Part shown: positions 24,701 through 35,168 of the stretch, piece by piece
Numbering within the stretch: the stretch's first letter is position 1
Layout of the letters: each line of letters opens with the position of its first letter
Assembly: GCA_976226885.1 (NCBI GenBank)
Contig: OZ320318.1
Span: 55,924,001 to 55,988,000 of the forward strand
Direction of reading: 5' to 3'
DNA length: 64,000 nucleotides
Source: Iphione sp. A-MEVVRFRX5
Lineage: Eukaryota
The notes under the pieces: generated by a model
Told to the model about the DNA's origin: nothing
The model's database searches: none
Seen by the model: only the letters and a program-made list of their open reading frames with translations
Position numbers and translations under genes: made by a program

Positions 24701-27700
24701 AAGGTGAACGTGAGCAGAGGAACACATAGACAGCTAGAGAGGCAAACAGACAGGTAGGCAAGAACGTGACGATAAGAGGTACGTAAATGCGCAAATTGCC
24801 ACCTACATTGCAATCTTAGTGACATGGGCGGGAAACATTTGCCAGCAAATTCAGGATATTAACGGTCTGTCCTTTGCCATAAATCTGGCTTGAATGTCGT
24901 GGGTCTTGGGTAGCTATTATGTGTAATTTAATGATGATTATCTCGATAACATCAGGCATAGACAGCTAGATTTATGCCTCTCCCAGCAAAGGTGAAAGAA
25001 TGTACCAAATAATCAAGTGACAGGGCGGTGTCCACGTGTTTCTAATCTGCTTTTTGTCTGTTACATTCATAGTTGCAGGTGTTCATTTATAGGCAAGCAG
25101 ATGCATTCCAAGATCTAATTATGGAACAGCGTGTGCCCGTTAACACTTCATATATAACACCGACCGTTTCTTTTGATTACAACTCGTACAGAAACTTCAC
25201 CGGCATGAAGGAAATCAAGACATAGATCACGGTATTTAAAGCATACCACTTAAGAGTACAATGAGGGTAGTTCATGAGACAAATGAAGACAAGTCAGCTA
25301 CGTACTTTACAACACCTGTGTGAAGTCGACGAGGACAAGTGCCACGAAAAGATACGGAAGTATCTTAAAACGTGACAATCATAGAGCCTGGTGAGTATGA
25401 ATAGCTCAATAAACACTTTCAAACAGCACGTACCAGAGAGAGTCGGAGATGGAAAGTTACAGAAGGAGACAGACTTTATTACGAGAACAGGTTACGGTAA
25501 AAATGGAAATAATTACTGGAATGAGAAGTAGACGCAAACTATATTTTTGCATTTCTGTTCATTTTAGATGTGCCTAATTTGGACAGAATACATAAAATCG
25601 TACATACAAATATATGCCTGACCGACGCTGAAAGGGACACTGATAGATACTAACACTATAGTCGAAACAGCATTTTTTATCAGACTCTCTAAATAGAGGA
25701 TACCAATTAATGCAATAGGAGTTTAAGGATTACCATGGTTAATCCAGCCGGTTATATTCTTACCAGGCATCAGTGCAGTCTGTAAAAGACTACTTTCTTG
25801 TTGAGTACGGGCATCATGGACATTCCCGAACATGTTTTTTTACCTTATTCTTTTCGACGGGTCTTTTTGTGCCTCAGTAATATTTTTCTCTTAAAATCTC
25901 TTTTAAGGTTGAAGGCTTTTATTCAGCCAGTCTCCGGTGGATACATAGAGGTTTTCTTGGTGAGTGTAGAACATGACGCATGTATAGAATTAGAAATACG
26001 TTTAAGTAAATACATGATGAAAAACTGCCAAGTGATATCTGTGAAAAAGACATTCAGTTGTGGATTACCAATAAATTGTTCTGATATCAGGCTTTTGTAT
26101 TCTATCACGGTGTTGGGGATCACAAGTTTAAATATTATCTCACAGCAATGGAGAAGATAGAGGCGTGTGCCATCCATCCATGATAGCAGAGAATTATGGA
26201 AAAGGCAGGAGATAAGTTACACATGGGCATGATCATAAATGAATCAGAATTTTAAATGTACTATTAACACTTTACTACAGAGTAATTGATTTGCAATAGC
26301 AATCCGACTCAGAAATGCTCAACAGAGGTCTGTATAAATTATTAACTGGGGGGGGGGGGAGGTTAGGGTGGTGGTGGGTGGGATGCACGGGGCGAAGTAA
26401 GGCCATGGTAGTAGTCAGTAAGAAATCAGTCTAGAGCCAGTTGTTGGTGGACCTAGAGTGGACCTTGGCTGGTGGAGTGGGAGCTCCGGATTGTGGGGAG
26501 AACATGCCAATAAAGGCACAAATGGGAAGTGGGCGAGATGAAGCAAGAAAATGCCATAAGTAGGGAACTTGTTTGGTGTTGCTAGCAACCAAGTTTGGTT
26601 GGGACTGCCCCCAAACGTTCGTAGCAGTTGATTGCCACCGCTCCATCTTCTTCAGGCAGGTAGTAATCCTATGTGGGCACAATAATGCCCATCCACAGCA
26701 CATGAGACTGAGTCTACCCCGTCTGCCAACACCGACAAGGATTTGGACAGACCATTAATTGATGCCATTCCTCAGGAAGATATTCAAGAACTGAGCGAGT
26801 CTCTTGATGTGACAATTACATGGTATTTTTTGTGTCCCAGGTTGGAACAGCCAGTTACCCTCGAACTTGAGTGCTCTTCAAATCCCTGGTGACAGTCGGA
26901 GGCACCCGTTAATCCGGTCAGGCAATGAGTTCCACATGGCTACCCCTCTGTACCTGAGGCTCTGTGCATATTCTGATCTCTTGGGCTTATTCAGTGCTCC
27001 TCTTAGAGCAGCGCCCTGTCTCCTTTTCATTCTTGCTGCATGCTCCAGGAGTACCAAGGTGATGTATCCTGTGTGTGACCATTAGGGCCGATTTCCTTAA
27101 TTGCATTGGTTTCCGTGCATTTTGATCGGTTTGATCCGTTTTTATTAAACTAATGGTCTACAGTGTGAGGTATTCCTTACCTGCATGTGCGTTGACATCT
27201 GTTGATGTCCAGTTGATGTGCATTGACCATTATCAGTCCCTGACCGATATTTTTCCACATGGCTACCCCTCTGTACCTGAGGCTCTGTGCATATTCTGAT
27301 CTCTTGGGCTTATTTAGTGCTCCTCTTAGAGCAGCGCCCTGTCTTCTTTTCATTCTTGCTGCATGCTCCAGGAGTACCAAGGTGATGTATCCTGTGTGTG
27401 ACCATTAGAGCCGATTTCCTTAATTGCATTGGTGTCCGTGCATTTTGATCGGTTTGATCCGTTTTTATTAAACTAATGGTCTACAGTGTGAGGTGTTCCT
27501 TACCTGCATGTGCGTTGACGTCTGTTGATGTCCAGTTGATGTGCATTGACCATTATCAGTCCCTGACCGATATTTTTCCACATGGCTACCCCTCTGTACC
27601 TGAGGCTCTGTGCATATTCTGATCTCTTGGGCTTATTTAGTGCTCCTCTTAGAGCAGCGCCCTGTCTTCTTTTCATTCTTGCTGCATGCTCCAGGAGTAC

Positions 27701-30700
27701 CAAGGTGATGTATCCTGTGTGTGACCATTAGAGCCGATTTCCTTAATTGCATTGGTGTCCGTGCATTTTGATCGGTTTGATCCGTTTTTATTAAACTAAT
27801 GGTCTACAGTGTGAGGTGTTCCTTACCTGCATGTGCGTTGACGTCTGTTGATGTCCAGTTGATGTGCATTGACCATTATCAGTCCCTGACCGATATTTTA
27901 ACACATATGGACAGAAACACACAGTAGGATAGAGGATGTGCCCTTTGAAGCAGGCGAAAGTAAGTTGGACATACTTTTTTCAGTGACATTCACCAGTTTA
28001 TACTTTTTACAGTGACATTTACCAGCTTTTTCCTTTTTCCAGTGACATTCACCAGTTTTTATATTTTTTCCAGTGACATTTACCAGTTTCTATCACACAG
28101 CCTCACGCATCCTCCATAAGCACCCCCACCATGAGGCTGGATTAAGGGAAAATCCATGTAAAATGCAACAGTAGGACATTTGTTTCCATCCTCACAGGAG
28201 TTCTGTTCAGCTTGACATCCAAAGCGATTCCAGCTGCCTTTCCCATAGACACATTTTGACTCACTTAAGAAGAAGCCTTCAGCTTTGCACCAACTCTAGC
28301 AGGAACAACCACTGTGTGGTCATCAGCACGGAGAACCGTATAGCAGCAGTCTGAAATTGTAGCAGTAATTACATTTATCACAAGATTAAATGCTCTCGGG
28401 CCGAATACAGAGCCCCATGGAATCTCCTGGCAGAGAGTCCTTAATGATGATAAGTGGCCTGAGCAGCACACATATACCTGCCTACCATCCAGGTAACTAA
28501 CGACAAAGTTGACCACATTCCATTCAGCTGCCACACAGTGTATAATGCTGCAATGTGGCACCAGATCGAATGCGTTGGGCAAGTTAAATACCACTAAGCA
28601 GCAGTAAAATCCACTATTCTTCCAGTCATAGATTAGGATTGCTGTCATGGCTGTTTCTGTGTTCCTTCCAGAATGAAGGCCATGTTGAGAAGACCCTGTA
28701 AAACCTTGGTCCTCAATGTTCTGCATCAAAGTTTTGGTGAACCAGGCCAGATGATAGTGTCCTGGCTCTTTTGTTTCCCTTTTTGTGAACTGGAAAAATG
28801 CAGGTAATATTCCATGAGCTTGGATATGTCCCTGTTTGGTAGATACTTAGGAATAACCAGAATACATTATCTGTCATCATCATCAAGAGCGGTTTCAGGA
28901 TTTTCAGTGGTACGCCATCTATTTTAAATTATTTGTGCAGCTTCTGTCTACTTAGGATCTAGCATACCTCTATCAGACTTGTCTTTAGTTCAAATCCATC
29001 TCAAAACAGTTCATGACCATGTCTGCTCTTAGACAGTCGTGTAGGATATGGATATCTGCCTTAGCCCACTGTCAGACACTGATCCTCTCAGTTTTGACAA
29101 ATTTCTTCCCCTTATGAATGAAGATCCCAACTGGCATTTGATTACAAACCAGTCAAGTCGGTGGACCCAGAGATGTGCTGCACCGATCCTCTTCCCAATA
29201 TGAGATGGGTGATACTCCATCAATGTTTGCAGATTCTCCATAAGGCCAAAATATAGGTGTGTTTCTGGTCGGGACCAGCCAAAAACCTAGGTAGAGAGGG
29301 GGGTATCTTTTTGTTTTTTTAATTTTTTTCCACTTTCTTCCTCTGGATTTCAATAATAATCAAGACAATGAGAAGAGTTTTGACCAATCTGTATGAATTT
29401 TACTGTTTTTAGTGAGTTTCCATGGATTTTGTTGTTTTTCTACTAAATTTACTAAAAATATGTGCCATGAAAACAATATATCTAAGGAAATTCAGCCTTG
29501 GAAACTCTTTGGGGCCAAAAAATTGTTAGGTAGGGTGAGGTTTTACTAGGTAGGGGTGGGTTACCAGAAACACACCTATTATTTTTTTGCCTAATCATAG
29601 TTGAAGCCCCCAAAGACTACGTCAACTGTCTTTTGTCCATAGGTGAAAGAGCTACGTGTGAAAAACAACTGCGTGTCGGTGATCTCCCCAAAATTGTTCT
29701 GAAATCATATCCCTATCGGAGATGCTTTTCCACCGAATATCCATGTTAGATATATCCTGTTTTTGAGTCAAAGTGTAGCCCGTGAATTATTACCAACGCT
29801 TTTATGCTACAGGTACTGAAGCGTTATAGCCATTGCTAAGTTAAGTCCAGTTAGTTCAGCAGAACATGTGTGTTGTCCGTAGATTTACCATGCCTCCTGT
29901 CTAGTAATGTTTATATTTCATCTACCCCCAAAATCAGGGATGAGTGAACCGACTACATTTGGCTACCTGGCCTGTGCAGGGGAGACCAGTTTCTACGATT
30001 ACCAGTTACAGAGCACAGGAAAGCAGCCATCAGGACTCATTGACGGAGACAGAAATTCCCGGCTATTCCACTAGCGACCTTGTAACGAAGCAGGAGCATG
30101 GTCATTGAGCTGTATCACAACTATGTCCTGGTCTTGTCCAGCAGAAAAGGGTGTCACTCCCAAGTAGTTTTGGCTTTATTTCCATGTAACCGTGTTTTCT
30201 GTGAATGTTTTCCATACATGTGTCTGTAATTTTTGGCACCCATGCTTATGGACTGGAGTGCTTTCATGTGCCTGTTTCCACGGGCAAAAGATAAGGAGAT
30301 GTCCTAACATACATGGAGCAGGGAATACGTATTTTGGGCAAACCAGTACGTTGAAAATGGGTACAGACAACAAAGGAATGCACAGGTAAGTTATACTTAT
30401 AGACACTTACATCGAATGGCAGAATTCGTGTATAAATGGCATTAATCACTGTATAATGAGGAGTGTGATATGCTCAAATCCAGTTTTCAATTCAGTTTAT
30501 TCAATCAGGGTACAGCTACAATATATAATGGTACCTGACTCTCTTTGTCCTAGCTATGTTGTGTCACTGATGTTCCAACGGACACAAGACTCGCGTACCC
30601 GCATGAGTCTCATGAAGTTGATAACCATAGATTTTAAAATTTAGAGAAACGTGCATGAAAAACATGGACCAGAAACAGGGGTAAGATGTACATGGAAACT

Positions 30701-31261
30701 AAACCTAGATCCGATGTGAAGTAGCGACAGAGCAGCGGATAAGTGGCTGCCACAACGAATGTTACTAGTGGTTCTCAACACATAGCGCAAACGGTATTCT
30801 TAGGGCATTAGAAACGACTCGGTTCCCATCTTAAAAGCGAGTGTCTGCTGTAGTCAGGTCTGTGAAATCACGAATTCAAAATCGAGTCTAGGAAATACGT
30901 AATAGAAGGCTCAAACCTCTCAGTTTTATGTCTTCCATGATTATCATATACATTGTACTTATAATGCATAATGAATAAAAACACAGTGCTTCCATGGAGA
31001 AACCCTTATGTAACGCCACTACTGTGGGTTTTGTTAAAATTTATCTCGAGGTCTAATCTGTGAATTCAAGTTGGTATATTGTAGGTAAAGTCGCATTAAG
31101 TTCAAGTCGATGAAGTCACTTTCCCTGTTTTCATGTAATAGTCCAGACGGCATGCTTCTCCACAAAGGTCCTAGGATGCCCCAAACGGACGCCCATTTAT
31201 AAATGTTACACTTGAAGACAGCCACATCTGCACAGACAATTAAACGTGCACTCACTCACTC

Positions 31262-31327
<66 letters not shown>

Positions 31328-31516
31328 AAGATGATATGGACCCACCTCTCCATCCGACAAGCCGTCCACGTAAATAATTCCCCCTCGGAAGTTCTGTGGC
31401 GTGCCGAACGTTGGGAGTAAAGCTACCATCACCAGAATGACGGTCGGCAGGAGCCCGACAGAGATCCCTCCGCCTGTGGCCATATCGCCGTGGTTATGGG
31501 GCTCGGGGCTTAGCAT
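12572..31516 (-). CDS. Gene 1 (complete, 13 exons, 954 aa): type I membrane protein, SP - Sib/T9SS-cargo-like N-module - Big_5-like Ig - EGF-like - 5x cbEGF - SEA-like - TM - short tail
   Basis: join(complement): 31346-31516, 20038-21388, 19647-19772, 19197-19316, 17982-18104, 17211-17330, 16967-17089, 16251-16370, 15982-16091, 15605-15666, 14849-15027, 12997-13048, 12572-12779. All introns are GT-AG, phases are continuous, and the total is 2865 nt = 955 codons with no internal stop. Confidence 0.85.
12997..13048 (-). CDS. Gene 1 exon 12: juxtamembrane linker
   Basis: ttgttgttag|AT..: (N)TSSEMPAINEACFPLC(S); donor AG|GTGAGT; 52 nt, phase 1->2. Confidence 0.75.
14144..14663. mobile_element. 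Tc1/mariner (Tigger/pogo-like) MITE, interrupted
   Basis: ta|cagtggaaccctatatcaaggacacc left end, repeated aaggacacc, eroded right end taatagagaggtcgacatg; split by the insertion at 14194-14530. Confidence 0.55.
14194..14530. mobile_element. PIF/Harbinger-like MITE family H1, copy A, TSD TAA
   Basis: taa|ggccaaaa..aggtgtgtttctggtaa ... ttacctgaaacacacct..ggcc|taa; colinear with 29244-29591. Confidence 0.85.
14849..15027 (-). CDS. Gene 1 exon 11: SEA-like domain with GSTII motif
   Basis: ttttgcag|G ACA GGA AGT..: TGSTIIVASLVTEQPLSVSQEAALLAAIESRIRALDNHLTIENTAVEILDGVRAINGIS; donor A|GTAAGT at 14848 gives phase 1, matching exon 12. An alternative GTAAGA at 14873 would break the frame. Confidence 0.8.
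15605..15666 (-). CDS. Gene 1 exon 10: SEA-like domain, middle
   Basis: tatttacag|ATT TGG..: IWNEINLISRLGVVDITYGV(M); donor AT|GTGAGT; phase 0->2, exactly bridging exons 9 and 11. Confidence 0.78.
15982..16091 (-). CDS. Gene 1 exon 9: SEA-like domain, first part
   Basis: caactacag|CA..: ASSHLDVAILLNLTSTPALFNTSSPESIAIMTAFAEQ; donor CAG|GTACGT; phase 1->0. Confidence 0.8.
16251..16370 (-). CDS. Gene 1 exon 8: cbEGF 5
   Basis: gatgacag|ATG..: DVNECESQSQACQHICLNVPGSYTCACRQGYFLVNSSFCS; donor TCA G|GTAAAT; 120 nt. Confidence 0.93.
16967..17089 (-). CDS. Gene 1 exon 7: cbEGF 4 (7 Cys)
   Basis: Not in the minus-strand ORF track. ccttag|ACC..: [41 protein letters not shown]; donor GAA G|GTTTGT; 123 nt. 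Confidence 0.92.
17211..17330 (-). CDS. Gene 1 exon 6: cbEGF 3
   Basis: cctttcag|ATG..: DEDECELGIHGCDGTCVNSVGTYLCLCPMGYFLHNLTQCR; donor CGT G|GTAAGA; 120 nt. Confidence 0.93.
17982..18104 (-). CDS. Gene 1 exon 5: cbEGF 2
   Basis: Not in the ORF track. attcag|ATCTG..: DLNECLTANGGCEYDCYDEPGSYTCGCPPGYRLSNNGRSCL; donor TTA G|GTATGC; 123 nt. Confidence 0.93.
19197..19316 (-). CDS. Gene 1 exon 4: cbEGF 1
   Basis: Not in the ORF track. ttttgtag|AC ATC GAC GAA TGT = DIDECLTNHSCSHNCSNTAGTYVCTCPEGSFLDTDGSTCS; donor TCA G|GTAATA; 120 nt, phase 1-1. Confidence 0.93.
19647..19772 (-). CDS. Gene 1 exon 3: atypical 6-Cys EGF-like unit
   Basis: tctttcag|GT CAG..; GQVLCVCPNGTCANPDSCDSNATMTTRCPVGYFFTGAWPGCT; donor ACC G|GTGCGT; 126 nt, phase 1-1. 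Confidence 0.85.
20038..21388 (-). CDS. Gene 1 exon 2 (1351 nt): Cys-rich N-module, cadherin/Ig-like and Big_5-like beta domains
   Basis: Acceptor ttccag|ATT CAA ATA (IQIFYRLFWQR..), in frame with track ORF 20033..21370; donor CAA G|GTTAAG, phase 1; motifs CTDFS, GCCW, NSSP, VEDPDHDIIRCRY, LEDY, WNFT; 16 Cys. Confidence 0.92.
26931..27899. repeat. 3 x 323-bp near-identical tandem array
   Basis: tccacatggctacccc at 26931, 27254 and 27577 (period 323). Units 2 and 3 look identical; unit 1 differs at about 6 sites. Confidence 0.97.
27975..28090. repeat. ~30-bp minisatellite x4
   Basis: cagtgacatt at 27981, 28010, 28040, 28071. Confidence 0.9.
29244..29591. mobile_element. PIF/Harbinger-like MITE family H1, copy B, TSD TAA
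   Basis: taa|ggccaaaatataggtgtgtttctgg ... gaaacacacctattatttttttgcc|taa; aligns end to end with copy A. Confidence 0.85.
31255..31328. repeat. Compound (CT)n(CA)n microsatellite at the start of gene 1 intron 1
   Basis: Direct read; begins ~17 nt inside the donor, reading (UG)n(AG)n on the transcript. Confidence 0.95.
31346..31516 (-). CDS. Gene 1 exon 1: signal peptide + NFRGGII motif
   Basis: MLSPEPHNHGDMATGGGISVGLLPTVILVMVALLPTFGTPQNFRGGIIYVDGLSDGE; hydrophobic core; donor GAG|GTGGGT, phase 0. The start could be the second Met (31483). Confidence 0.85.
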
Positions 31517-32731
31517 GTTTAGTAGAACTCTGCCGCACGCCCCCGACTGCCAGATGGACTCGATGGAGCAGTGAACGCAAATCCATCAGAAGTAAACGCC
31601 TATACTTGTCGCACTGCCCTTTGAGAGAAAAGAGAGCTTTTCTTCCTACGGTGGATATAGGGGCAGTGTCAGAAATAACAGGACAAAAAAAAACTCTCGT
31701 GAGGCAGCGTCATTGCCCCAGGTCGCAATGACTGTGGGAGGCTTGCTTGCACTTGAACACTGGCGTGGCGGTAATTTGGTTGGGGTAGAACGGCAATAGG
31801 TCATAGGGGCAAGACTACGTTCCGCAGTGATGAACTTATTTCTGCTGGCGGGCGTTTTATTCGTGGTGTACGTGTAGCTTTAGCAGTTATCCAATAAAAC
31901 GCAATTGTGAAGATTAAACAGTTTGGTCACGTTATATGAAAGATGGACTCGACGGCTGTAGGGAATCTTGCAAAATAATGTCGAACGCGCTTCAGAGCAG
32001 GATACAGTGGGCTCCCGCCATTAAGACGGACAAGGAATGGGAAGAAACAAAAAGCAGGGAAGGATTGGAATAGAGCACACTAGATGACTTTCTCATGGCT
32101 ACGAATGAGTACAGACTAGAAATTAGGAAAGAAATAGCCGGTCTCTATGGTGTTCCACTATATGTCTCTAGATTATGTATTAGTAACAGGTGTTGTTCCC
32201 TTCTTCTCCGAGAGAGGCCGAGTTAAATACTAACCGAATACATTAATATCTGGTCCTCTTGAACAAATAGATCGAAATACAATCTTGACCGAGTTCAAAT
32301 GTAACCAGGCGGTGGGATTTGTGAGAGCTGTAAAAGAGTCCCCGCTACCCGAGCAAACGGGTCCAACCAAGAGATGTGATTCACTTTTCACGTTCCACTT
32401 GGCCTGAAATATAATGGTTCCACTTGGGAAGACATGAACGCCCATACCTACAGGTCTAAGCTGTTCAATTTTAATCATGAATATCTCATACCTTGTTCTA
32501 ACAAGTACAAGAAAATGCAATTATTATCATCACTAGGTCCTTATCAGTTAGACAACTTTGTCTTAGTCCGCGCTGCAAAGACGAGCTAAAATGTAGCTAT
32601 AACATCTTTGATAGATGCTTTTCGTCGATCACTTTGCTTTTCTCCTGTATGTGCACCTGTCTCGTTCCGTTACAAAAATGTGTAACCTTTCCTTGCTTTT
32701 TGATACTTTTCGGGACGAAATCTTGACACAT

Positions 32732-33457
32732 CCCAGTAAACATGCCTGTATTTGCCCAATACCAATTTTGTACAGTTAGGTACTGGCAGTAATGGCAAAT
32801 AAATGTCATTACCCAGCCTGTATTGGTCCAATACCAATTTTGTACAGTTAGGTACTGGTTGTAATGGCAGATAAAAACCATTACCCAGCCAATAGTAGCC
32901 AATACCTTGTGTGTTTTGTAGGATCTAAATGATGTACTGGCCCAGTATTGGCCCTGTATTGGCATTCTTTTCCAGTAGTATGCCTGCCACCTAGTGGTAA
33001 AAATTCAAAAATAAAAAATCAGCAGTCAAAAACAGAGAGGTGTAGCACAGAAGACAATAGAATTGACATTTTACAGGTATATATATTTTTCTTTCTCAAC
33101 AAGTTTGTGTGATATTGAACATAAGTAACCAGTAATTCACTAGGACATTTGCTAGTGCATTGTTCACTTGAATATATTTGGAGAATGGTTGTAAAATACT
33201 GGTACTCTTGGAATATGGTAGTGAGTGATAATAGGGGGCTTTATAAATTGTGATGAGAAATCTCACTAAGGATTACTGTAATGGGCCTGTACTTGGCCAA
33301 TACCGGACCTGTACTGTGTCTGTACTGGATAACTGGTACCAGCCCGTTACACACCCAGTTTGCAAATCTGTACTGGCCCAGTACTGATATCCTGTACCGG
33401 ACTGTTACTGTAAACTGTACCGGCCCAGTACCGGTCCATTACAGTCATTTTGCTGGG
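32732..33457. mobile_element. CCC-ended (CMC/EnSpm-like) MITE with internal ~72-bp repeats
   Basis: cccagtaaacatgcctgtatt ... attacagtcattttgctggg imperfect TIR; ccaatacc anchors at 32756, 32828, 32899; many cccagtac/gtactgg subterminal motifs; TSD imperfect. Confidence 0.6.
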
Positions 33458-33893
33458 GTAAAATGTTTGCTGGAACTTGCTGGAATACATGCGCATATGT
33501 ATTAGGCTGACAAGAAAAGGGTAAAAACATGAATCTTTTTGTCATATTAAATTAATGGTTGTAAGATTCAAACATCCATCTCATTTACCCTTTGCGTGCC
33601 CTGAATCTTGCATTCCCTACAAGAGAATCATTTATACAGTGGACTGCTAATCTTCAAAAGTTATCAACGTATAGCGAGCATTACCTTTGTTTTAATTTAT
33701 TATAATTGCTTCAATATACTTAATAATTGAAAAATGACAACCATTGTATGGAATTACACAATCAATTTTATTGTAGACTGCGATATTGCAAAAATCAGAT
33801 CCGTTCCATACCACTTAAACATCTTACTTCCTTTTAACCTTATTTTATATTCATTATATGTCATATTCGGCAAAGGGTTCCTTAGATGTTTAA

Positions 33894-35168
33894 GGCAAAA
33901 CAAATAGGTGTGTTTCTGGTAACCCACCGCTACTTAGGAAAACCTCACCCTACCTGAATATCTTTTTGCCTCCAAGAGCCTCCAAGACTGAATTTCCTTA
34001 AATACATGTTTTCATGACTGTATTATCTCAGGTAGTCAAATGTGTTTTCATCGCCAAGGATATCATCTGAAGAGTATTTTTATACATGTTTTCAGTAAAT
34101 TCAGTGAAAAACCAATGGGGGCCATGCAAATTTAGTAAAATAACATCAAAACTCATGCAAAGTGGGTAAAATATGCAAGAAAATGGTGAATTTCATGTAA
34201 ACTGGGCCAGAAAAAAAGTAAACTTCACGTAAATTCAGTTACAAATACAAAATTCATGTCATTTTTTACTGCAAAATGGTGAAATCCATGCAAATTTGGC
34301 AGAAAATGGCAAAATTGCTGAACAGATGTGAATAAATTTGAGGAACTATCTTATTTGCATGAAACATAGCTAAGGCCTAAAAATAAAGTTCTGTGTTTCT
34401 GGTAACAAGCAAAAAATAGACAGGGTCGGTCGATAGGGACTATTTTTTATATTTTTCTTTTTTTCCAATGTTAATTCAGACTGTCAGAAGAATTCAGAAG
34501 AGATGTGTATAGTTATATCACTTCTACTGCATAGATTTTAATAAAACTTATATCAAATGAAAGCCAGTAACCCTGGGAGTAATTTGGTGTATAGAACATG
34601 TTGCTATCATCATTCATTCTAAAGTTATTCCAAAAGAAGAAAAAAAATAAAATGTACAATTGGCCAGAATATAGAGTCGGAAACAAAGCTATTTTTTGTT
34701 TAGGCCTAACAAGGCCATTCCACTACCACTTTTCCTATACTGCTGTACAAAACATGCATACAGGGCCATGAAAAATGGAATCCATTCCAATCCAAACACA
34801 CAGTGCCATTGTACATAAAACATTTTACACCATACACATTACATTGTATGCATGCAAGGAAACAGTCCTGGTATGATCCATAGTTCTCCAAAATACATAC
34901 CTTCATGGCTGTTAAACCATGCTCTTAAGGAAACTCACAATTTTGGTAAGACACAGAGAAGGAGACAATACACAAGGTCAATAAAAATGGACTTTAAATC
35001 ACTTTAAGTACAAGTGATTTTCTTGGCCTGTTCTCGAGAGATGACCTGTCAGAGCCCCATGGAAACCCTATGTGATGGCTCAAATGCAGAAAGGAACAGA
35101 TCTTTTTTCTAAAACTTTTAGTATACAATGCAAGTAACCAGAAACACACCTTTTTTTAAGGAGGGGGC
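33894..35168. mobile_element. Long inverted H1-family element with expanded internal minisatellite and a nested MITE
   Basis: Start ggcaaaacaaataggtgtgtttctggtaacccacc matches the reverse complement of the copy B right end; far end gtaaccagaaacacacc..ggggc|tta; TSD taa/tta imperfect. Confidence 0.55.
34374..34706. mobile_element. PIF/Harbinger-like MITE, TSD TAA, nested in 33894-35168
   Basis: taa|ggcctaaaaataaagttctgtgtttc ... gaaacaaagctattttttgtttaggcc|taa. Confidence 0.75.

Larger units (their letters stand above)
26760..29240 (-). mobile_element. Decayed LINE (CR1/L2-like) ORF2 RT region, fragmented by insertions
   Basis: In order: IDGVPLKILK (~28900), TGTYPSSWNITCIFPVHKKGNK (~28770-28850), QHG..GRNTETA, AFDLVPH, IPWGSVFGP, RADD (ORF 28265..28729), and C-terminal YRGVAMWNSLP (~26915-26950). 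Catalytic YADD is decayed to RADD. Confidence 0.85.

Noticed and set aside
26931-27899. Regular repeats as a CRISPR array or a multicopy 67-aa gene (ORFs 27177..27380, 27500..27703)
   Set aside because: Units are 323 bp with no unique spacers and no cas genes. The ORFs are LINE ORF2 remnants read through into MITE sequence.
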